DNA of 64,000 bases from Paraphysomonas bandaiensis (lineage: Eukaryota; Protista; Chrysophyceae): assembly GCA_965644295.1 (NCBI GenBank), contig CBFFRP010000028.1:186001-250000 (forward strand), read 5' to 3'. Made by a program: the position numbers and the translations under genes. Position 1 is the stretch's first letter. Each line of letters opens with the position of its first letter. This document shows positions 53,601 to 64,000 of this stretch, in pieces. Under the pieces are notes generated by a model. It searched no databases, had not been told where the DNA came from, and worked only from the letters and a program-made list of their open reading frames with translations.

Positions 53601-56600
53601 CATCAGCTATCCACTTGCACCGAGATATATTGGGGTCAAAAACAGATTTTTCGGCAAGACAACTGTCCTCAGTCTCGTATGTACTACATGTACCATCATC
53701 TCTAGGGTACTCGATTTCGTAAAACAATGCCATAAAAAACATCAACATGCTCTGCACCGTGAGTAACTGAAGAAATTGTTGATATATAAGAGAGGTGTAT
53801 GCAGTAGACACATACCTGAAGCCCCACCCTAAATCGAACTTCATCCGCATCGAGGCCACTGTATGTGAGAACCTTAAGATATCTGTGGTGATTACTTATT
53901 TCGCCAAAGAAACTCTTAAAAACGGATACTGTCGGTCGAAATATGACAGGAATTATGTTATCGATATACATTGTTAAGTAGGTGTGGACAGCCATAGGGT
54001 CTTTCGGCGACCCTGGCGTGACAGAAGTAGCCGTATTACGAGCTGTACGAGACGTGCGTGATGTTCTGCTTCGCTTCTTTGACTTGTTGTTATACTCTTT
54101 TCGGCGTTGAGATATATCTGTAACTGAAAGAAATGCTATAATAGAGAGCACAGAAGCCCACAGTACGACAAACATCAGTATTACTGCAACTGATCCCTGG
54201 AGCTTTTGTAGTGTAACTTCATCCGACGTTTCGATAGTGGTCAGAAACTCATCTGCGATGTATACCGAAATAGCTGTTACTTCCAAGTACCCTGTCTTAT
54301 CAGTCTCATCAGCTGTAAATGATTTCAGTCTGCGCCGCTGCAATCCAGTTCCTGAGAGTGAACATGTACAAATAACAATATCATCGGTATAATTGGATAC
54401 AAAACAGGCAGGACTGTCAAGTGTAACCCCATCTACAAGGATCGCACAAACTGGTGCGCTAGAAACGTTTGGACAAGCTGTGAAAATTGTTCTCGCTTCT
54501 CCAGTACATTCATGAGTAATTCTATCACCACTTGGGCATTCATATTCTTCAGATGATGATATCCCCCGAGTACACTCAGTTGTTAAATTTCCACTCTGAA
54601 CAGTACCATTGCGAAATGTCGTTCCAGAATGGGTGGCAATTAGAAATGATACTTCATCCGATAGAAAAGACGCATCTGAAACTTGAAATTTGACAGGGTT
54701 TGTAGCATAAATAGACGAATTCTCGTATAGCACAGCTCGTGTTTCAGATACCACCACACTGGATATGTTGCCACTTGATTCCCATGACAAAAGCACACCA
54801 GATGAAACTCTGCCATTCCATTGCTCAATAGCAGTTTGAGGAATAGAAACAGAGACTGGATCGTTTGAAGTTACAAGCTCATTGATGACACTACGCAAGC
54901 TCGATCCAATGATTTCGACCCCTACTTCACCGACAACAATATCATTCAAGACAACTTCAGCGTGTAGCTCCAGTAATTCGAATGCATAATGCAATGAAGA
55001 TTTCTTAAGAGATTCATCAGCGAGAGTACTATAAAACGCAATGCATTTGTCGATTACAGGTGTCATTCTATTGACAGTGTCATAAGAAAGACCAATATCA
55101 GATGCCGATTTCAAGAGTATTTCTGTTATATAGAGTAGCCTATCGCACCCCGCGACCGACAACTCTTCCTTTATCGACCCCAGTTCATCCGCCATCATAA
55201 CAATCTCATTTACCGTCTCTACAGTCAGGGCTTCAACAAGAGTCATATTCAAAAGGGCAGCGATCAGCCTCTCACGCGTACGGGTCCGGACAATTGACTC
55301 GGACGCAAGAACCGAGCAATCACTCCCAGAAAAATTCGCATCACAAATACACACGGCTGAGCATTGAGAATCACCATTCAAACACGTGTCTATCAAAAAA
55401 CCGGAAGAAGTCACTTCATATACGCAATGCCCGTGTGACGAGCAATTATTTGGGCACACCTTTGAGGGGCGGTAGCAAATCGAGTCATGTATATTACACA
55501 GCTCATAGAGGTCACATTCAGAGTCGGACGTACAGCTATTAACCTCAACGTGCGCGTTGGACAACAATTCGACGGGGTAGCATAGACTGTTGGCGTCACC
55601 GTCATTACCGAAATAGTTCTCCACACATTTCCCACATGTATGCGGCGTGTATGAGCACTCCCGACGAAACAAGACTGAGCAGTTGGGAGCCAGAGAACAA
55701 TTCGCCGAGTTCATACTACCCACTGAAGAAGATATAGCTTGTTTCGTTCGTGACAACTCTGCCTGTTGAGATCCAAAGGAAAGAGACTTTTCAACAAACT
55801 GATCAAAATCAGAAGCGGGAAGTACCAGAGCAGTTACCACAACATGTGAAGAAAGAGTTGATGACGCGTCCAGAGTATTGAATGCTTGAACAGTGCATTG
55901 TACTCTATTCCCATCTCTAGACAGACCACGTGGAAGAATAGTCGAGATGTATGACCTCTCCGACCTCCCGTGCACAACCATGTGAGAGCCCACATTTGTT
56001 ACGAAACCAAAGATAAATGTGATCGGCAAGTTGTCGTCGCTTTCTGTCCATTTGGAGGTAGAAAATACAAAATGGTCTGATAACTCTACCCCGATCGATG
56101 GTGAAGTACGGAATGTACCTGCTATAGGTGGGCCAACAACTGCGACCGTAACAGATGCGAAACTGCTCCCTGAGGTCAACCGAAAGGTCAGAGATGTGTA
56201 CTCCGGCAATACATCCGCCTTCAATCCCAGGTTGAAACTGTGAGTGCCACTAGGAATAATGGAAGACACTGGTGTCAGAGAAATCGTTTCAAGGTCAATG
56301 GAACTGTCATCAACAGACCAGGAGGAAGAACCTGCCACAAAGGAGGCCACATTAGCATTAATTTTGAGCTTCTTATTTCGCGTGATGGAGAGGGTTTTCG
56401 ACAGCACGGACACTTGTGCAGACTCGGCCGGTAGAACTTGCACCATTACAGTTGCATCATCGTACCGTGACGACGAGTCATAAACTCGGCAGATGACTTC
56501 CGAAGTGGTCGAAATATAAGATGCATCTAGTGCTGACACCACCACTTTCTCTGATCCAGCAGAGAGTGAGATTCCACACGAAGTAGGGGATAGGGGATCC

Positions 56601-59600
56601 ACCATACTACACTGCCATGAAAACATAAGCCCCGCTTTAGCCCCTGTCAAGCCGGTAATATCCTCGTCATAACTGGCCGATGCATCAAGAGTAACAGAAC
56701 TTCTATATCGTATGGACCTGTACGAACCTCCACTTATCACTGCGACGATATCAGATGCAACAACTCGTATCACTACACCAGTCACCGCAGAATTACCAGT
56801 TGCGGAGTCCATAACTGTGAGTTTAACCTCGTAAACAGGGCCTATTGATAACATGCTTCCGTGAATTTTATAATGGGCAGGAACCTTGGATGATGAAGCC
56901 AGATTCCTTTGAATACCATTCTCATAAATTTTCCAGTTGAAAAATATTCCACCTGATGTCTTACTGTTGGTGTCACAAGACTGTGTATACACAGTGGAAA
57001 AAAGATCGAGCGAATCTTTTCTGCGAATACTTCTCGATTTCTGACCAAGTATGCTGATCACAGGCACCGGCTCTGACGCCACAGAGAATGTGTGGATATG
57101 CTCAGCACTACACACTTGTAAAAAATTGCACAGACTAATCGACAACATGTAAATAGTGCCTGCATTCATTAAACTTGCCGGTAATGCACTTGGTGGGTCA
57201 ACAACATAATTTTCTCTAAAAAAGTTATTTATATCTGTGGTACTTCCACTTGTGGAAGTCGCTGTAATACTCACATTTTTCCAAGTCCTGCTCGCACTTC
57301 CTGTGGAAGCAGTCAAGTCAAGGATGAAGTCATCACAAGGTCCAATAGCTGTGGCTGCAGCTGTAGAAACCACTGGGATTAAAGGAGAATTTGGAGCAAC
57401 AATGCTGACAGAATGCGTAGTGGAAGCTGGATAGGATTCACAAGAGGAGGCTCCAGAAACACATTCCGCCCGCAATACACCAGAATTTACAACGATCGAA
57501 CTGCCCACATCCAACGGATAAAGGCTAGATGCAAATACCTGTACTTTCATCGGTGACAACCAAATGCAACTCGCCAACTTGCTCTGCAGAAATGTGAGCA
57601 GCTCCGAGCACTTGAACTTTGAATTGAAGAGAGCTCTATCAGTGGCTACACTAAAACTGACTATAATATATGATCCGTCATTCGAAAATACGGCAGAGTC
57701 AGCCACTGGGGCATCAGGAACATAACTTTCATCTGGCCCGATTACCGAGAACACTTGTCTGAAAGATGGATACGCAAACTCATATATAGATTGGTTGTTT
57801 CCGATTGCTATAAATGCGAGCTCATAATCACCGCTAGGTAACCCTGACGGGAGAGAAGCGTAAGCGGAGGTCACTATTGAATTGTCAGATATATCTACGG
57901 TATTCGGAACAAACGGTAAAACCGCCTCTGAAAGGGAGGATGACAAAGACGTGTGGTTAGCTCGTAGTTGAATACGGAGAGGCTGAATATCCGCTACTCG
58001 ATCCCATCGGAGAAGCACTATATCAACAAACGATGAATTAGACGACACCACGGTTGCAGACAACTCCACTGTGATCTCGCGACAACACAGTGTCGTTACA
58101 GATACACTATTCGATATCATATCCGCATACGACGTGACCACCGCCCCATTAGAATTCAGAGACAAGCAATACACCACATAACCAGATACGGGCAAAAGTT
58201 CTGTAAGTTCAACGAACGCGTATAGATTTCGAGAGGTAGCCCTGTTGTTGGCGTAGAGGACATCATCTGTCGTCTTCGGCCGCTCGGTTAAGGAATAGGC
58301 AGCACAGTAGACATCTCCATCTAAAGACAGTGAAATATCCGCCCTCAGAGTACTCTTCCCCGCAGTGACGTTTAAGGATATAATACGTGGCACAGCAGTT
58401 GGTGCACCCGTGGGGGTCAGGGAAGGTACCGTACTAGGACTAAAGGATGGAACAGACGTAGGCATTTCAGATGGTTGGGATGTAGGCGCAGCATTGGGAT
58501 CGCCGGAAGGAATATGTGATGGACAGAAATCGAAATTAGTTGACACGGCAGAAGGGATACACGAAGGCTTCTCGGAAGGGTGAGAGGAGGGCCGAGGTGT
58601 ACAGGCAGTTGGATACATAGAAGGCACAATGCTGGGTTTACCTGACGGAATAAAAGCAGGTTCACCCGACGGTACACCGGATGGCTGACTTGAAGGCCCT
58701 CCAGACGGTTGACAAGATGGAACTCTAGTCGGATGACGCGACGGCGTACCTGTAGGCACAACCGAAGGCTCACCCGATGGTATTGTGCTGGGTGAACATA
58801 ATCTCGTTGGTTCTCTTGTCGGTTGTCCTGATGGATGTCCTGAAGGAACACAGGTCGGTGTACCACTTGGTTCTCCTGATGGTCGCCCTGAGGGAACATT
58901 CGTTGGAACACCACTCGGTTCCCCTGTGGGTAGTCCTGATGGTAGCTCTGAGGGAACACAGGTAGGTATACCACTTGGTTCTCCTGAGGGTTGACCTGAT
59001 GGTTGTTCGGTGGGAAGACAGGTCGGAACACCACTCGGTTCCCCTGTGGGTAGTCCTGATGGTAGCTCTGAGGGAACACAGGTAGGTATACCACTTGGTT
59101 CTCCTGAGGGTTGACCTGATGGTTGTTCGGTGGGAAGACAGGTCGGCACACCACTCGGTTCCCCTGTAGATAGACCGGATGGTTGCCCTGACGGATCACA
59201 GGTCGGTGCACCACTTGGTACTCCTGTTGGTTGTCTTGATGGTTGTCCTGAGGGAACATTCGTCGGAACACCACTCGGTTCTCCTGTTGGTTGCCCTGAC
59301 GGATCACAGGTCGGTATACCACTTGGCTCTCCTGAGGGTTGACCTGATGGTTGTTCGGTTGAAAGACAGGTTGGTACACCACTCGGTTCCCCTGTAGGTA
59401 GTCCTGGTGGTTGCCCTGACGGATCACAGGTCGGTATACCACTTGGTTCTCCTGAGGGTTGACCTGATGGTTGTTCGGTTGGAAGACAGGTCGGTACACC
59501 ACTCGGTTCCCCTGTAGGTAGTCCTGATGGTAGCTCTGAGGGAACACAGGTAGGTATACCACTTGGTTCTCCTGAGGGTTGACCTGATGGTTGTTCGGTG

Positions 59601-62600
59601 GGAAGACAGGTCGGCACACCACTCGGTTCCCCTGTAGATAGACCGGATGGTTGCCCTGACGGATCACAGGTCGGTGCACCACTTGGTACTCCTGTTGGTT
59701 GTCTTGATGGTTGTCCTGAGGGAACATTCGTCGGAACACCACTCGGTTCTCCTGTTGGTTGCCCTGACGGATCACAGGTCGGTATACCACTTGGCTCTCC
59801 TGAGGGTTGACCTGATGGTTGTTCGGTTGAAAGACAGGTTGGTACACCACTCGGTTCCCCTGTAGGTAGTCCTGATGGATGTCCTGAAGGAACACAGGTC
59901 GGTATACCACTTGGCTCTCCTGAGGGTTGACCGGATGGTTGTTCGGTTGGAAGACAGGTCGGTACACCACTCGGTTCCCCTGTAGGTAGACCTGATGGTT
60001 GCCCTGACGGACCACAGGTCGGTATACCACTTGGTTCTCCTGAGGGTTGTCCTGAGGGAACATTCGTCGGAACACCACTCGGTTCCCCTGTTGGTTGACC
60101 TGACGGACTACAGGTCGGTATACCACTTGGTTCTCCTGAGGGTTGACCTGAAGGAACACAGGTCGGCGTACTACTCGGTTCTCCTGTGGGTTGTCCTGAG
60201 GGAACACAGGTTGGTACACCACTCGGTACTCCTGATGGTTGCCCCGACGGAATACAGGTCGGTATACCACTTGGTTGTCCTGAGGGTTGACCTGATGGTT
60301 GCCCTGACGGAACACAGGTTGGCGTACTACTTGGTTCTCCTGTGGGTTGTCCAGAGGGAACACAGGTCGGTACACCACTCGGTTCTGCTGTGGGTTGTCC
60401 TGAGGGAACTTTCGTCGAGGTCGGTACACCACTCGGTTCCCCTGTAGGTAGTCCTGATGGTTGCCCTGACGGAATACAGGTCGGTACACTACTCGGTTCT
60501 CCTGTGGGCTGTCCGGTGGGAACACATGTTGGTACACCACTCGGTTCCCCTGTAGGTAGTCCTGATGGTTGTCCTGAAGGAACACAGGTTGGTACACCAC
60601 TTGGTTCTCCTGTGGGTTGTCCTGAGGGAACACAGGTTGGTACACCACTTGGTTCTCCTGAGGGTTGACCTGATGGTTGTTCGGTGGGAAGACAGGTCGG
60701 CACACCACTCGGTTCCCCTGTAGATAGACCGGATGGTTGCCCTGACGGATCACAGGTCGGTGCACCACTTGGTACTCCTGTTGGTTGTCTTGATGGTTGT
60801 CCTGAGGGAACATTCGTCGGAACACCACTCGGTTCTCCTGTTGGTTGCCCTGACGGATCACAGGTCGGTATACCACTTGGTTCTCCTGAGGGTTGACCTG
60901 ATGGTTGTTCGGTTGGAAGACAGGTCGGTACACCACTCGGTTCCCCTGTAGGTAGTCCTGATGGTAGCTCTGAGGGAACACAGGTAGGTATACCACTTGG
61001 TTCTCCTGAGGGTTGACCTGATGGTTGTTCGGTGGGAAGACAGGTCGGCACACCACTCGGTTCCCCTGTAGATAGACCGGATGGTTGCCCTGACGGATCA
61101 CAGGTCGGTGCACCACTTGGTACTCCTGTTGGTTGTCTTGATGGTTGTCCTGAGGGAACATTCGTCGGAACACCACTCGGTTCTCCTGTTGGTTGCCCTG
61201 ACGGATCACAGGTCGGTATACCACTTGGCTCTCCTGAGGGTTGACCTGATGGTTGTTCGGTTGAAAGACAGGTTGGTACACCACTCGGTTCCCCTGTAGG
61301 TAGTCCTGATGGATGTCCTGAAGGAACACAGGTCGGTATACCACTTGGCTCTCCTGAGGGTTGACCGGATGGTTGTTCGGTTGGAAGACAGGTCGGTACA
61401 CCACTCGGTTCCCCTGTAGGTAGACCTGATGGTTGCCCTGACGGACCACAGGTCGGTATACCACTTGGTTCTCCTGAGGGTTGTCCTGAGGGAACATTCG
61501 TCGGAACACCACTCGGTTCCCCTGTTGGTTGACCTGACGGACTACAGGTCGGTATACCACTTGGTTCTCCTGAGGGTTGACCTGAAGGAACACAGGTCGG
61601 CGTACTACTCGGTTCTCCTGTGGGTTGTCCTGAGGGAACACAGGTTGGTACACCACTCGGTACTCCTGATGGTTGCCCCGACGGAATACAGGTCGGTATA
61701 CCACTTGGTTGTCCTGAGGGTTGACCTGATGGTTGCCCTGACGGAACACAGGTTGGCGTACTACTTGGTTCTCCTGTGGGTTGTCCAGAGGGAACACAGG
61801 TCGGTACACCACTCGGTTCTGCTGTGGGTTGTCCTGCGGGAACTTTCGTCGAGGTCGGTACACCACTCGGTTCCCCTGTAGGTAGTCCTGATGGTTGCCC
61901 TGACGGAATACAGGTCGGTACACTACTCGGTTCTCCTGTGGGCTGTCCGGTGGGAACACATGTTGGTACACCACTCGGTTCCCCTGTAGGTAGTCCTGAT
62001 GGTTGTCCTGAAGGAACACAGGTTGGTACACCACTTGGTTCTCCTGTGGGTTGTCCTGAGGGAACACAGGTTGGTACACCACTTGGTTCTCCTGAGGGTT
62101 GACCTGATGGTTGCCTTGACGGAACACAGGTCGGTATACCACTTGGTTCCAATGTGGGTTGTCTTGAGGGAATACAGGTCGGTATACCACTTGGTTCTCC
62201 TGTGGGCTGTCCGGAGGGAACACATGTTGGTACACCACTCGGTTCCCCTGTAGGTAGTCCTGATGGTTGCCCTGACGGAACACAGGTCGGCGTACTACTT
62301 GGTTCTGCTGTGGGTTGTCCTGAGGGAACACTGGTCGGTACACCACTCGGTTCTACTGATGGTTGCCCTGACGGAACACAGGTCGGTACACCGCTCGGTT
62401 CTCCTGTAGGCTGTCCTGAGGGAACACAGGTTGGTACACCACTTGGTTCTCCTGTGGGTTGACCTGAGGGTACACAGGTTGGTACATCACTTGGTTCTCC
62501 TGAGGGTTGACCTGACGGTTGTCCGGAGGGAACACAGGTAGGTACACCACTCGGTTCTCCTGTGGGTTGTCCTGAGGGAACACAGGTTGGTACATCACTT

Positions 62601-63583
62601 GGTTCTCCTGTGGGTTGTCCTGAGGGAACACAGGTCGGTACACCACTCGGTTCTCCTGAGGGCTGCCCAGAAGGAACACAGGTTGGTACACCACTCGGTT
62701 CTCCTGTGGGTTGTCCTGAGGGAACACAGGTTGGTACACCACTCGGTTCTCCTGAGGGTTGTCCAGAGGGAACACAGGTCGGTACACCACTTGGTTCCCC
62801 TGTGGGTAGTCCTGATGGTTGTCCTGACGGAACACAGGTTGGTACACCACTCGGTTCTCCTGAGGGCTGTCCAGAAGGAACACATGACGGTACACCACTT
62901 GGTTCTCCTGAGGGTTGACCTGAGGGTTGCCTTGACGGTACACCGCTCGGTTCCCCTGTGGGTTGTCCTGACGGAACACAGGTAGGTACACCACTTGGCT
63001 CTCCTGAGGGTTGACCTGAGGGAACACAGGTTGGTACACCACTTGGTTCTCCTGTGGGTAGTCCTGATGGTTGCCCTGACGGAACACAGGTCGGTGTACT
63101 ACTTGGTTCTCCTGTCGGTTTTCCGGTTGGCTTGCTGCTTGGTGAAATACTTGGTGTCGCGGAAGGTGTTCCAGAAGGTTGTCCGCTTGGTACCACCGAG
63201 GGTTGTCCACTGGGTTCACTTGTGGGTAAAGTTGTAGGCTGTGTTGTTGGAAATGAGCTCGGGGGGCTTGTTGTAGGAGTACTGGTGGGTTGCCCAGTAG
63301 GAACCAGTGTTGGTGTAGACGACGGCTCTCCAGACGGCTCTCCAGACGGCACTGCAGTAGGATTCCCAGTCGGTTGCGTTGATGGAATACTCGTGGGATA
63401 AGGAGATGGTAAAGGTGTAGGCGAAGGGAACCCTAAAGGTGGTAGAGTAAATAACAGCGAGTCGAAATCGTGACGTGAATGAGCCTTTATCGTCTCTTTA
63501 TTTTCAGGATTTACTATAGACTGAGCTAACGACAAACTAATAAGAGAAAGAAATAAAAAAATAAGGAGCGGTTGTAACATCAT
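50669..63583 (-). CDS. ~4,150-aa cell-surface receptor: signal peptide, P(S/T)xx mucin-like stalk, REJ/PKD-like beta domains, EGF-like and GPS-like Cys motifs, multiple TM helices, Ser-rich cytoplasmic tail
   Basis: Signal peptide MMLQPLLIFLFLSLISLSLA; ~1,700 aa of PSGQ/PTGE/PTCV repeats; REJ-like VAVISGGS..VTLDASASYDED..FSWQC and PPIAG..SPSIG..KWTESDDNLPITFIFG; EGF CPNNCSSHGHC..CICDANFSGSDC; CFVSNYTDDIVICTC. First exon is 53816-63583, followed by short introns joining the TM-encoding exons. Confidence 0.85.
58390..63430 (-). repeat. Coding tandem repeat, 12-nt base unit with higher-order duplications
   Basis: 4-aa P-S/T-x-x periodicity, with near-identical blocks at offsets of 348, 468 and 1434 nt. 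Confidence 0.97.
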
Positions 63584-64000
63584 ACACTATAGAGAGAATA
63601 AATCGCAGTCTAAATCATATCGTTCGGTCTAACTAAGCGAAGTGTCATCGACAACCCCTCATATCACTACTGTCTATTATTCCATGCATCGTTTAAAACT
63701 GCTCAGACATCCAGGGGACCATTTATTACGATATAAGTATGTACCATACACTGCATACACAGTATGTCACATACCTTTTTTACAAGTGGTTTATATATGA
63801 CAATCCTCTCATTGGCTGGAGTAAAAAATACAGGGGGAATTCCCTTTGTACATCAGTGTAATCACGTATACCGGGTATACCATGTAGGATTCCTACACCA
63901 ATTATTAACGTCATGGACAGACAGTGTAGCCCTGTCCACCATAACGCGAGTGGACTGCACAGATACCAGTATACAGTACGTAGTAGGTATTCCTACAAGA

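Noticed and set aside
58417-63219. 1309-aa and 288-aa N/Q/V/R-rich overlapping ORFs in an alternate minus-strand frame
   Set aside because: Shadow of the repeat: in this frame a stop needs an xTA/xTG codon followed by a purine, but Val/Ile/Leu are almost always followed by Pro (CCx). The ORFs begin and end with the repeat.
58365-63401. Many plus-strand GTPLGSP-type ORFs and a possible CRISPR-like array
   Set aside because: These are antisense readings of the coding repeat, with no unique spacers and no cas genes.

Overview
Eukaryotic genomic DNA (~42% GC by eye) in the standard genetic code, with short (mostly 41-63 nt) GT-AG introns. CFAP58 implies a flagellated organism, and the gene content suggests a stramenopile (inference). 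Ten protein-coding genes can be built by hand: (1) a giant myosin (21..19648, -, ~51 introns, ~5,600-5,700 aa) whose ORF-track fragments splice into one intact frame with a ~4,800-aa tail of divergent helical repeats; (2) a Spo12-motif/Maf fusion with a degraded active site; (3) a RING-MIU-MIU-NZF E3 ligase; (4) CFAP58; (5) an RI-like LRR protein; (6) a Yip1/YIPF4-like protein; (7) a CRAL-TRIO protein; (8) a USP deubiquitinase; (9) a mitotic cyclin; (10) a ~4,150-aa mucin-stalk/REJ/EGF/GPS-like multipass receptor. There is also one orphan ORF. Eight of these units sit in four head-to-head pairs, and several upstream spacers carry a palindromic GGAATTCC-type motif. The TE-rich intergenic islands hold solo LTRs with 5-bp TSDs but non-TG..CA ends, a ~500-bp hairpin-rich interspersed repeat linked twice to the same hAT-like fragment, an unclassified degenerate coding repeat with asymmetric inverted repeats, and a MITE. 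No tRNA, rRNA or CRISPR array was recognised. All gene models and family calls are by eye and need HMM/RNA-seq confirmation.
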